A stretch of 64,000 nucleotides of DNA from an uncultured Pseudomonadales bacterium (GTDB lineage: Bacteria > Patescibacteriota > Microgenomatia > UBA1400 > RBG-16-45-19), in contig CAYYKL010000001.1 of the NCBI GenBank assembly GCA_964441155.1, positions 216,393 to 280,392 on the forward strand, in the 5' to 3' direction. The notes beneath the pieces were generated by a model. The model did not search any database. It was not told the DNA's origin and worked only from the letters and a program-made list of their open reading frames with translations. Each line of letters starts with the position of its first letter. Position 1 is the stretch's first letter. Shown in pieces: positions 20,342 through 29,448 of the stretch. The translations under genes and the position numbers were made by a program.

Positions 20342-20438
20342 ATATTTGTTGTATCATGTTTTCTTGCGTTTGTTCGTTGCAAATTCTAGACGAAAGTGGA
20401 TGTTCAATGTCAGCTCAAATAAAACATCCTTGCTCATT

Positions 20439-21416
20439 ATGAGCAAGCCATATGCATTAGCAGCCTTAGGCGGCACCTTTGATCGACTCCACGATGGCCA
20501 CAAACACTTCTTGAAAACTGCCTTTCAGTACGCCGAGGCACTAGTAATCGGTGTCACTGTCCCCTCCATGAATTCCGCCAAAGCATACGCCGAACGTATT
20601 GAGGAGTTCGACAAACGCATTGAACATCTTCACACTTTCCTTAAAACTTTTGAGAAGCCATATCGTCTTATACCCCTGACTGATATTTATGGCGAAACAC
20701 TCACGAATCAGCACGTGGATGCGCTGGCAATAACTACCCTGACTCACAAAGGTGCGAAAATGGTCAATCAAAAACGTGGTGAGTTGGGCTTGCAACCACT
20801 TCCCTTGATCGAAGCCAGCATGCTCACCACCACCCATGGAGACATCCTCTCTTCATCACTTATTCGCACAGGTTTGATTGATCGGTCTGGTTTTGCCTAT
20901 GCCGATCTCTTTTCCCAAGATTTACGCTTAAGCGAGCAGCAAAAAGAGTTGCTGCGCATGCCTCAAGGCAAATTACTCAAAAGTGAACAAAAAATTGACG
21001 AGCGTCGATTACGCCAGGCAACCAAGGTTGCAACGGTCGGCGATATTGTGACGCGGTCATTTCTACACGCTGGAATAAGAGTGGATTATGCTTTGGTGGA
21101 TTATCGTTCGAAAAAACAATCACATGTGTGGCGACCGCAGGATTACTGGACTCAGGTTACTCGAAACATCACCAATTCAGCGGGACAAATTGTGAGCCAG
21201 GCGGCTGCCAGTTTGTTCAAACAAGTTGCGCTTGATTCCTGTCTATTTATTATTGATGGTGAAGAAGATTTATTGGCTCTACCCATGGTTTTGTGTATGC
21301 CACTTGGTAGTCTATTGTATTATGGCCAGCCAAACAGGGGCATCGTTGAACTTGAGATTTCAGAAAGCCTAAAAAATAAATTTCTCAAGTTTGTGCGAAA
21401 GGATTTACCGGTTTAA
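20439..21416 (+). CDS. archaeal-type phosphopantetheine adenylyltransferase (COG1019) fused to a DUF359-like domain (putative GTP-dependent dephospho-CoA kinase)
   Basis: ALGGTFDRLHDGHKHFL is the archaeal PPAT (T/H)xGH nucleotidyltransferase motif. ISSSLIRTGLID also matches PPAT. The C-terminal ~170 aa contains VGDIVT and DGEEDLLALP, which resemble DUF359 motifs. The ORF-track version (from 19842) overlaps the upstream minus gene by 500 bp, so an internal Met (20439, or alternatively 20400) is preferred. Confidence 0.55.
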   Translation: MSKPYALAALGGTFDRLHDGHKHFLKTAFQYAEALVIGVTVPSMNSAKAYAERIEEFDKRIEHLHTFLKTFEKPYRLIPLTDIYGETLTNQHVDALAITTLTHKGAKMVNQKRGELGLQPLPLIEASMLTTTHGDILSSSLIRTGLIDRSGFAYADLFSQDLRLSEQQKELLRMPQGKLLKSEQKIDERRLRQATKVATVGDIVTRSFLHAGIRVDYALVDYRSKKQSHVWRPQDYWTQVTRNITNSAGQIVSQAAASLFKQVALDSCLFIIDGEEDLLALPMVLCMPLGSLLYYGQPNRGIVELEISESLKNKFLKFVRKDLPV

Positions 21417-21459
21417 TTTTGATCACAGATTGTGAAAAATTACCGCTTTCAATTGATTG

Positions 21460-21493
21460 ACAATTAGCAGTCACTCATATAAACTGCTAATAC
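21460..21493 (+). promoter_or_regulatory. lon promoter (-35 TTGACA, -10 TATAAA) overlapped by a CIRCE-like inverted repeat TTAGCA-N15-TGCTAA
   Basis: ttgacaattagcagtcactcatataaactgctaa is read directly. It matches the CIRCE consensus TTAGCACTC-N9-GAGTGCTAA in the outer 6+6 nt and in the 27-nt span. Confidence 0.45.
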
Positions 21494-21536
21494 TTTCGAC
21501 CACTAGAAAACCTAAAAACAACCAAGGAAGGACATT

Positions 21537-23945
21537 ATGGCACTCGTACTCAATCCAAATGCAACTCATGACATTGAAACCTATCCATTGGTGGCCATTC
21601 GCGAAGGAGTCATCTTTCCTGAAGTTGAAGTAGTCCTCACCTTTGGTAGAAATAAATCAATTCGGGCGATTAACGCCAGTTTCTCAAGCCACAAGCATGT
21701 GATTTTAGTGACTCAGAAAAAGGCAAATATCTCTGATCCCACCAAGGATGATTTATACACCATGGGTATTCTGGCTCGAATTGAGCGTACCCTCAAAACC
21801 AACGACGAAATTAATGCACTCGTAAAAGGAATGCATCGAGTGATTATTAAGCAAGTAACCGATATCGGCGATTACCTGATGGCTGATGTGGAAGCATTGC
21901 CCGATGTGACTCTTGAATCACCCGAGACTGATGCACTTGCCAAACATGTCTTGAACGAATTTAAAAAAGCAGTGAATTTAGGCAAAGCGGTTGAGTTTTT
22001 GAATTTTATGAAATTGATGTCAGGGGTCAGTGCTTCCGAACTTGCCGATCAAGTGGCCATGACGCTCAACATCACAACAAGCAAAAAACAAAAAATCTTA
22101 GAAACTCTGGAAGTGGACAAGCGCTTGGAGGCAATCCTCATGCACTTGTCTCATGAAGTGAAGGTTTTGGAAATTGAGCGCAACATTGCCGTAAAGACGC
22201 AAAAAAAGTTTGACAAAAGTATGCGTGAAAACGTGCTTCGGGAGCGCATTCGCACAATGCAGCGCGAACTTGGCGATGAAGGCGATGAAGAAACTGATGT
22301 GCGTGATTTCAAAAAGAAAGTCAAAGCTGCTCAAATGTCCCCAGCAGTTAAAAAGAAAGTTGAGCAAGAACTTAATCGTTTTGCTCGCCTAAGCATGCAT
22401 TCCCCCGAGCACAGCTACATTCGAACCTGGCTTGAAACAATTCTGGAAATGCCCTGGGGCAAGCGCAGCAAAAACAATGCTTCGATCAAGCAAGCTGAGG
22501 AAGTGTTGGAGCAAGATCACTACGCCCTAAATGAAGTTAAAGAGCGGATTGTAGAATATTTGGCCGTACTGCAACTAAAAAAGTTGCAGGCTGAAAAAGC
22601 TGATCGAAAAGTTCCTACCATTTTATGTTTTGCTGGACCTCCCGGTGTGGGTAAAACCAGCATTGGTCGAAGTATTGCCAAAGCCTTAAACCGAGAGTTT
22701 GTCAAAATTTCATTGGGTGGTGTGCATGATGAAGCCGAAATAAGAGGCCATCGACGCACCTATGTGGGCGCTATGCCCGGCAGAATTATTCAAGGCATTC
22801 GACAAGCGGGCACGAAAAATCCGGTGTTTATGTTAGACGAAATCGACAAAGTAAGCTCTGATTTCCGAGGTGATCCGTCTGCAGCACTACTTGAAGCGCT
22901 CGACCCCGAACAAAATCACGAGTTTGCCGATCATTACATTGACGTTCCCTTTGATTTGTCTGAAGTGATTTTTATTACCACAGCCAATGTACTTGATACC
23001 ATTCCCCCCGCTTTGCGAGATCGATTAGAAGTTATTCGCTTTTCGGGATACACCATTGATGAAAAGTTTGAAATTGCCAAGCGTCATTTGGTGGCAAAGA
23101 CACTTAAAGCGAATGGGCTTAAACAAGGCCAAGTGGTGATTGAAGACAGCACCATCGAACAAATTGTTCGTGATTATACGCGTGAAGCAGGCGTAAGAAG
23201 TCTGGAGCGAGAAATTAGCAAATCGATGCGTAAAGTGGCTAAATTGATAGCAGAAGGATCGATTGAGAATAAAACCATTGCTCCTTCAGATTTAGCCGAG
23301 CTTTTGGGTCCACGCAAATACACCGATACACTTGCCGAACTACAAGATGAAGTTGGATTAGTAGCTGGTCTTGCCTGGACCGAAGCTGGCGGGGACATAC
23401 TCTTTATTGAAGTAGCCCTTATGCCTGGCCGAGGAAAAATCGAGTTGACCGGAAAATTAGGCGAAGTGATGCAGGAATCTGCTAAAGCTGCTTGGTCATA
23501 TGTCCGAAGCCACTGGAAAGAGTTGGGGCTCACTGAAGATTTCTATAAAACTATCGATGTACATATTCACGTGCCTGAGGGTGCTGTGCCCAAAGACGGT
23601 CCGTCAGCTGGTGTTACCATGACCACTGCACTTATTTCGGCACTCACCAAAACTCCTGCCTACAAGCACGTGGGCATGACGGGTGAAGTGACGCTTCGAG
23701 GCCGAGTCTTAGAAATTGGCGGCGTCAAGGAAAAAGTGATTGCCGCTCACCGAGCAGGCTTGCGAGAACTCATTTTACCCAAGAATAATGAGAAGGATTT
23801 GGTCAAGGTTCCCGATAAAATCAAACGAGATATTGCCTTTCACTTTGTCGACCATGTGGACCAAGTGGTGGAGATTGCTCTCAAAAAACCAAAATCCAGC
23901 AATCACGCGCACAAATCCACCGGCTCAGTAATCGCGGCTACATAA
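21537..23945 (+). CDS. lon: ATP-dependent Lon protease
   Basis: N-terminal LON domain; Walker A GPPGVGKTS; proteolytic domain with PKDGPSAG. 802 aa. SD AAGGAAGGA upstream. Confidence 0.95.
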   Translation: MALVLNPNATHDIETYPLVAIREGVIFPEVEVVLTFGRNKSIRAINASFSSHKHVILVTQKKANISDPTKDDLYTMGILARIERTLKTNDEINALVKGMHRVIIKQVTDIGDYLMADVEALPDVTLESPETDALAKHVLNEFKKAVNLGKAVEFLNFMKLMSGVSASELADQVAMTLNITTSKKQKILETLEVDKRLEAILMHLSHEVKVLEIERNIAVKTQKKFDKSMRENVLRERIRTMQRELGDEGDEETDVRDFKKKVKAAQMSPAVKKKVEQELNRFARLSMHSPEHSYIRTWLETILEMPWGKRSKNNASIKQAEEVLEQDHYALNEVKERIVEYLAVLQLKKLQAEKADRKVPTILCFAGPPGVGKTSIGRSIAKALNREFVKISLGGVHDEAEIRGHRRTYVGAMPGRIIQGIRQAGTKNPVFMLDEIDKVSSDFRGDPSAALLEALDPEQNHEFADHYIDVPFDLSEVIFITTANVLDTIPPALRDRLEVIRFSGYTIDEKFEIAKRHLVAKTLKANGLKQGQVVIEDSTIEQIVRDYTREAGVRSLEREISKSMRKVAKLIAEGSIENKTIAPSDLAELLGPRKYTDTLAELQDEVGLVAGLAWTEAGGDILFIEVALMPGRGKIELTGKLGEVMQESAKAAWSYVRSHWKELGLTEDFYKTIDVHIHVPEGAVPKDGPSAGVTMTTALISALTKTPAYKHVGMTGEVTLRGRVLEIGGVKEKVIAAHRAGLRELILPKNNEKDLVKVPDKIKRDIAFHFVDHVDQVVEIALKKPKSSNHAHKSTGSVIAAT

Positions 23946-24989
23946 AAAACGAGCCAATTGATTGAGCTTTTCGCCTGCATCGTTATTTTTTTCGGCGTTG
24001 ATGGCGTTTAATCCAAGCTCAAGATGTGAGTTGATTTCTTGTTTTACCTGAGTCAAAGATCCAGTTTCATCAAATATGCGCCTCATTGTTTCCAATTGAT
24101 CGGCCGAAATTTCTTGACCCAGCATACTTTCAAGCACTTTTTGTTGCTTAGTGTTGGCATGTGTGTGGGCATGCATCAGTAAGTGTGTTTTTTTAGCTTC
24201 GCGAATGTCACTCCCCACGGGCTTACCCGTCTGAATTGGATCACCAAACATGCCTATGATATCGTCCTGCATTTGAAATGCCAAGCCTATATGTAGTCCA
24301 TAGGTTTCAAGTGATTTGCTCCATTCGAAATCTGAACCAGCCAATAACTGACCAATTCTAAGCGGCCAGCGAACCGAATACTCACCACTTACAAGCATCA
24401 TTGCTTTTTCCACGTCTTGCATATTAACTTGTGACAAAGGCAAAGTTTTGAGCTTCGTTTCCAATCTCCAGCCAAGTGCAGTTTGCACCAAACAGTGATG
24501 GAGACCTTTGATTACTTGAGACTTGATATGTGGAGTTAGCGATGTGATTAAAATGGATTGATCGACGAGCGAATGGATAATATCTCCGGCTACCATAGCC
24601 ATCGATCTCCCCCACCATAAAGATTGTTCCGGTGAAATAAAGTTTTCGCGACTAAAATGTGTTTCCAGCGTTGGCTGACCATGGCGACTTAAGTCACCAT
24701 CGATAATGTCATCGTGCACTAAGATAAAGCGATGCAAAAGTTCGGTTGCTATGCATGCCAGCTCAATATCACCAGAACTCGATTCTCCACTTATGTGTTC
24801 ATAGGCCAATTTAGCAAGTAAAGGGCGACCGAATTTCCCACCAGTGATCAAATACTTTTTAATTGAGGCTAAAAATTCGAGCGCAAAATGGTCATCATCA
24901 AAGTGGGTAAATTCTTGATCGATGAATTCTGAAAGCACTGCCAGGCTTTTTTGACGCTCAAGATTCAAATAGTTTTGGATGGTATCCAT
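23925..24989 (-). CDS. polyprenyl diphosphate synthase (trans-isoprenyl diphosphate synthase family)
   Basis: First DDxxD LVHDDIIDGD and second FQMQDDIIGMFGD. Confidence 0.85.
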   Translation of the reverse strand: MDTIQNYLNLERQKSLAVLSEFIDQEFTHFDDDHFALEFLASIKKYLITGGKFGRPLLAKLAYEHISGESSSGDIELACIATELLHRFILVHDDIIDGDLSRHGQPTLETHFSRENFISPEQSLWWGRSMAMVAGDIIHSLVDQSILITSLTPHIKSQVIKGLHHCLVQTALGWRLETKLKTLPLSQVNMQDVEKAMMLVSGEYSVRWPLRIGQLLAGSDFEWSKSLETYGLHIGLAFQMQDDIIGMFGDPIQTGKPVGSDIREAKKTHLLMHAHTHANTKQQKVLESMLGQEISADQLETMRRIFDETGSLTQVKQEINSHLELGLNAINAEKNNDAGEKLNQLARFLCSRDY

Positions 24990-24999
24990 GTAAGACAGT

Positions 25000-25812
25000 T
25001 TAGCTTAGAATCTCTATTGGTGTTCCTACCGATATTCCTAATGCTTTAGCTGCACTTCCCGATGTCATTTGCGTAGCTATTTCCAAAAATCGCTTGTCTT
25101 CAATGCCTGAACTGCCCACATACATCGCTGTTTCACCTTTTGGTAAATCCTTGAGATAGGAGTAGAAATTAAGTTCTCCGATACTTGTCTTTAGTCTTGA
25201 ACCGGGTGTATAGTTTTGACTTAACAAGGTAGTTTTACAATTGCCAAATGCATCAACATACCAAACACAATTGGGAATGTCCTCAATTTCATTGAAACTA
25301 ATCGGTTTCGCAGGCACAGCAACTCCCTGTGTCAGCCAAGTTGCCAAGCGTGGAGTGAAATCAAAACTTCTGAATTGAGTCACTTGCAGGTAATCATGAA
25401 TTCGTTGAGAAATTAGTTTTTGCTCCAGAGCAAACGCGGCAACCTCTTTAATATCTACGAGATTAATCGTATTTGCCAAACCCAATTTTTTTACCAAGGA
25501 TAGTGAATGCCCCCGAACAGTCGCAATAACCAGCGTTTTTTGATAGCGGAAATAGCCAAATGAGGTGCCGTTATGGCCATCTTTTTTTTGTTCACCTCGG
25601 GGTGCCACATTGACAAGCACTACCCCTTCTCTGCCCTCAGCTGCATCCAGCACGTCGACTACATTCCCAGCCGCTTCAAGAGTGGCATTGACCGAAAAAT
25701 CGCTATCTACACCCATAAACGTGACCGGTGAATTTAACAATGAACTTAGTCTGGTCTCCTGACGGCCTACTTCATTGAAACTTTGACAATCGTTAATGAC
25801 AGTTACAAACAT
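25000..25812 (-). CDS. hypothetical protein (weak resemblance to DUF62/SAM hydroxide adenosyltransferase-like proteins)
   Basis: 270-aa soluble ORF. The similarity call is by eye only. Confidence 0.3.
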   Translation of the reverse strand: MFVTVINDCQSFNEVGRQETRLSSLLNSPVTFMGVDSDFSVNATLEAAGNVVDVLDAAEGREGVVLVNVAPRGEQKKDGHNGTSFGYFRYQKTLVIATVRGHSLSLVKKLGLANTINLVDIKEVAAFALEQKLISQRIHDYLQVTQFRSFDFTPRLATWLTQGVAVPAKPISFNEIEDIPNCVWYVDAFGNCKTTLLSQNYTPGSRLKTSIGELNFYSYLKDLPKGETAMYVGSSGIEDKRFLEIATQMTSGSAAKALGISVGTPIEILS

Positions 25813-25825
25813 ACTAGTTTTCTCC

Positions 25826-26164
25826 TTATAGCTTAGGTTTTGTTTGACGCTTTTCGATTTTTGCTAATGAATATTTGATTCGTTCATCTAAATTAATTTT
25901 TTTAACTCGAGCAAAACGCAAAATAGAGACTAAAATATCTCCCAATTCCTGCTCATACGTTTCGTCTGATTGAGCGGCTAAGTTTGTTTTTTTGCGTCCA
26001 TGCTTGGCCAAATAAGCTCGAGCCATTTCACCAATTTCTTCGACTAAGGTTAGAATCAAAATTGACCCAAACTCATCACTGTCGCGCTTGCCTTTGTCGA
26101 TTGCGGACAGCTTTTTAAAATAATCTCGGAATGGGGTTGAGAATCCTTGCGGTTTTTGTTTCAT
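25826..26164 (-). CDS. MazG-like nucleotide pyrophosphohydrolase (small all-alpha NTP-PPase)
   Basis: EEIGEMARAY ... ELGDILVSIL matches the EExxE / ExxD metal-binding helices of the MazG/YpjD family. Confidence 0.6.
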   Translation of the reverse strand: MKQKPQGFSTPFRDYFKKLSAIDKGKRDSDEFGSILILTLVEEIGEMARAYLAKHGRKKTNLAAQSDETYEQELGDILVSILRFARVKKINLDERIKYSLAKIEKRQTKPKL

Positions 26165-26267
26165 GAGATAATCGTTGGCTCATCTTGATATAACGTGGGC
26201 AAGTATATCATGATTCATAGAATCAACTAAAGTGTTTTCTCGTTCCTAACGTTTAACTTAATATGGG

Positions 26268-26305
26268 CACAAAAAACCCCTTAAGTATATTGCAACCAAG
26301 GGGTT
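26268..26305 (-). terminator. Rho-independent terminator downstream of the RRM gene
   Basis: Inverted repeat aacccctt...aaggggtt (8-bp stem) followed on the minus strand by TTTTTT. Confidence 0.55.
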
Positions 26306-26333
26306 AGTTTGTTTAATCTAACTGTTGTTAAGA

Positions 26334-26606
26334 TTATCGGCCAAATTGAGGTCGGGGAGCTTTTTCGCGGGCTTCATTGACCACGATAGCGCGTCCGTCT
26401 AAATCTTGTCCATTCATTTTTTCTAAAGCTTCTTTGGCTTCGGCGTCAGATGACATCTCGACGAATCCAAATCCCTTAGAACGGTTGGTAGCACGATCAC
26501 GAATGACATTGGCTGAAACGACTGTACCGAATTGGCTAAAAGCCTGGTTCAGTGAATCATCAGTTGTATTCCATGACAAACTACCGACAAATAATTTTGT
26601 CGCCAT
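26334..26606 (-). CDS. RNA-binding protein (single RRM domain)
   Basis: RNP2 LFVGSL and RNP1 KGFGFVEM. 90 aa. Confidence 0.85.
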   Translation of the reverse strand: MATKLFVGSLSWNTTDDSLNQAFSQFGTVVSANVIRDRATNRSKGFGFVEMSSDAEAKEALEKMNGQDLDGRAIVVNEAREKAPRPQFGR

Positions 26607-26804
26607 ATATTATTTTTCACCTCCGTTCAAGGATTGGTGCATACACCATAAGCACTCTGTCATTTGGGAAAACTTGAAAAAGTTTTTTTAGCGAAGTCTC
26701 TTCAATAAACAGGTGACCACTAACTAGTAACTGATGGTTATTATACCTTGATTCTTTAAAATTCCATAACTAATACTCTTTGTCATTCTAGGAAGTTGTT
26801 TGGA

Positions 26805-27230
26805 TTAAAAAATGCTGTTTCCACTCTCCTTAAGTTTAACTGCTTTGTTAATGAGAGAAACAAGCATTTCCTGGTCAATATTCTCAAGTTTTTTAAACCG
26901 AATACAGCTTTTGCCAATGCTGGCTTTGGGAAATTGATCCTTATATTTTTCAGGCAAATACTCTCCATCTTCAACAATACAAATATAGACCGAAATATAG
27001 TTTTTCTGACTAGCCAAGCCGATAGTGAACCACTCACCGCTCCGACCACTTTTAGATTGGTAATGACTAGATCCGTAACCGATAATCGACCCAAATAGTT
27101 TGCGATCCAGTTGAGGTGCAGTTGCTCGAATCAACACATCAAGAGCCTGAATGTCAGCCCGACGCAACTCTTCGATAAGATTTATGTATTCGTCAGGATC
27201 TTTGGCTGTTGTTGGCTTAAACATATTCAT
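26805..27230 (-). CDS. DUF1801 (YdhG-like) domain protein
   Basis: 141 aa with pattern similarity to the YdhG family. Confidence 0.45.
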   Translation of the reverse strand: MNMFKPTTAKDPDEYINLIEELRRADIQALDVLIRATAPQLDRKLFGSIIGYGSSHYQSKSGRSGEWFTIGLASQKNYISVYICIVEDGEYLPEKYKDQFPKASIGKSCIRFKKLENIDQEMLVSLINKAVKLKESGNSIF

Positions 27231-27244
27231 GAAGTGCTATCTCC

Positions 27245-27928
27245 TTATTCGATATGCGAATTATAGCGCGAAAGAATTTTCTTATGTGCAAGGTAGTCAG
27301 GGCAATATTTTCGTACGATACCCCAAAAATTTGCCGAGTGATTCATCTCGAATGTGTGTGCTAACTCATGAATAATCACGTAATCAATTACTTCTGGGGA
27401 GAAATGGATGAGGCGCCAGTTGAAGCTCAATGTTCCCGATGATGAGCAACTTCCCCACCGAGTGGCTTGCTCGCTAAAACGCAAGCGTTTATACGTGGCT
27501 CCCATCAATTCTTTTAAGACTTTCACTCTTTTAGTTAGGTGAGCAATAGCTTGATTCTTTAGCCAGATCTCGAGGGTCTTTTGAGCATCTTTGGGATTCA
27601 GGCTTGCTGGACTCACGAGCAACTCGCCGTTACCTACAACCACTCTTTCTTTGTGCAATCCACTACTATCAATCGAAAGGAGGAAATTTTTGCCTAAATA
27701 CAAAAGTGTTTGCTGCCTCCAATCTACCAAAGTCTCTTGAGCTCGGTTAACGATTCGCCGCTTGTGCTTGGCAATCCATGGTTCAGACTTGCGCACAAAC
27801 TGATCAACAAGCAATTTAGGAACAAATGGCGAAGCCGTTACGGTCAATTCCCCGCTTGAAGAAATTTTTATTCGAATGCCTTTGGCACGCGAGCTTCGAA
27901 TCAAGGTAAAGTCTTGCATCTGATACAA
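27245..27928 (-). CDS. YgjP-like metallopeptidase (DUF45/M48-like, HEXXH)
   Basis: C-terminal IIHELAHTFEMNHS contains the HExxH motif typical of the YgjP family. Confidence 0.75.
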   Translation of the reverse strand: MYQMQDFTLIRSSRAKGIRIKISSSGELTVTASPFVPKLLVDQFVRKSEPWIAKHKRRIVNRAQETLVDWRQQTLLYLGKNFLLSIDSSGLHKERVVVGNGELLVSPASLNPKDAQKTLEIWLKNQAIAHLTKRVKVLKELMGATYKRLRFSEQATRWGSCSSSGTLSFNWRLIHFSPEVIDYVIIHELAHTFEMNHSANFWGIVRKYCPDYLAHKKILSRYNSHIE

Positions 27929-27998
27929 TCGAAAAGTTACCGATAAGGGCTACTAATACTGCGAGTATACACGCTATGTATTACCCAAAACGTTTTTT

Positions 27999-29234
27999 AT
28001 GCAAGATTTGTTTGCCGATCAAATAGATTCGCAAGGTGTTGGAGTTTTAACTCCAGTATTTCAAGTGAGCGAGTTTAATGACGCCGTGACTCACCATCTT
28101 GGACTTATGGGAGCAGTCACGATAGAAGGTGAAATATCCCGTCTCGACATAAAAAATAATCGCTTAGTGTTCGTGACAATTAAAGATAGTGGTTCTGCCC
28201 TGGATGTTTTTGGTCTATCACACATGTTGAGAAACGCTCGGGAGTTAAGTGTGGGCATGAAGGTTCAAGCCACGGGCACTGCTGGGCTTTACAAAGGTTC
28301 AGGTCGATTTCGCTTGATGGCATCAGCCATTGAGCCGGTTGGTGATGGCGCCCTAAGCGCAGCTTTTGAACAGCTCAAAAAACGTCTTGAGGCTGAAGGC
28401 TTGTTCGACCCATCGCACAAACGTCCTCTACCCCAATGGCCCAAAAATATTGGTCTTATTACTGCGCTGGAATCATCTGCATATCATGATGTGGTCAAAA
28501 TTTTATCCGCGAGATCGGGTGGCCTGACCATTAAGGTACTTAATGTGAATGTGCAAGGTGCTCAAGCACTTGCAACGCTTAAAACGGCACTAGCCTATTG
28601 TAACCAGCATGCAAATGATTTTGATGTCCTTATTATGTGTCGAGGTGGTGGGAGTGCTGAAGATTTAGCTGCTTTTAATGATGAAGAATTAGCACGACTC
28701 GTTTTTGCCACAAAAATCCCCTTAGTTGCCGCCATTGGACACGAAGACAACTGGTCACTGGTTGATTATATAAGTGACGTCCGGGCTTCCACCCCGAGCA
28801 ATGCTGCCGAACTTGTGGTGCGCGACAAACAAGAAATCGCTTTAGAAATTGATAGCTTACTCTCCTATTGGCACCAAAAATTAACACTTCGATTACATGA
28901 ATTCAAGCATCGCAACCAGCAATCGTTTTTAATACTCAATTCCTTATTAACAAAACCTGTTCAATCAATTGAAGTATTACTCAATCGTTTCGAAACGCAA
29001 GAGCTAGTGATCAAGCAAGTGTTGCAAACGAATACCAATAAACTTATGTCTTTTGCCAGGCTCTTGCAAACATTAAGTTATGAAAATACGCTCAAACGTG
29101 GCTTTAGTCTCACTAGAGATTCCAACGGCAAAGTGATTAAAGACAGTTCCCAACTTGCTCTGCAGCAAAAGGTGAGCGTAAAGCTAACCTCTGGCTCATT
29201 CGATGCACAGGTGAATAACATTGCGATAAAATAA
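27999..29234 (+). CDS. xseA: exodeoxyribonuclease VII large subunit
   Basis: N-terminal OB fold, central catalytic region, coiled-coil C-terminus. Followed by xseB. Confidence 0.9.
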   Translation: MQDLFADQIDSQGVGVLTPVFQVSEFNDAVTHHLGLMGAVTIEGEISRLDIKNNRLVFVTIKDSGSALDVFGLSHMLRNARELSVGMKVQATGTAGLYKGSGRFRLMASAIEPVGDGALSAAFEQLKKRLEAEGLFDPSHKRPLPQWPKNIGLITALESSAYHDVVKILSARSGGLTIKVLNVNVQGAQALATLKTALAYCNQHANDFDVLIMCRGGGSAEDLAAFNDEELARLVFATKIPLVAAIGHEDNWSLVDYISDVRASTPSNAAELVVRDKQEIALEIDSLLSYWHQKLTLRLHEFKHRNQQSFLILNSLLTKPVQSIEVLLNRFETQELVIKQVLQTNTNKLMSFARLLQTLSYENTLKRGFSLTRDSNGKVIKDSSQLALQQKVSVKLTSGSFDAQVNNIAIK

Positions 29235-29250
29235 ATTACAGGAGACTATT

Positions 29251-29448
29251 ATGCCGACAGACACCAAAACACTTGCCACTCAATTCAAAGAGCTTGAGGC
29301 CATCACCCAAGAACTGGAGCGTGGAGACCTGGATATTGAATTAGCCATTGGAAAATACGAACTAGGTGTAAAACTGGCCAAAGATTTGAAAAACAAGCTC
29401 AAAGATATGGAAAACAGAATCGAGCAAATTAAGCTTACTGACAACTAA
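29251..29448 (+). CDS. xseB: exodeoxyribonuclease VII small subunit
   Basis: 65-aa helical hairpin protein (ELEAITQELERGDLDIELAI). SD AGGAGA upstream. Confidence 0.85.
   Translation: MPTDTKTLATQFKELEAITQELERGDLDIELAIGKYELGVKLAKDLKNKLKDMENRIEQIKLTDN

Noticed and set aside
19842-20438. 5' 200 codons of the 524-aa ORF 19842-21416
   Set aside because: It overlaps the oppositely oriented 281-aa gene by about 500 bp, and the sequence is low-complexity (SGAGGVAGASGACGAG) typical of the antisense of a Pro/Ala-rich gene. The real gene starts at an internal Met just before the PPAT motif.
25000-25812. Assignment of the 270-aa ORF as SAM hydroxide adenosyltransferase (DUF62)
   Set aside because: Only a loose by-eye resemblance of block order, so the gene is kept as hypothetical.
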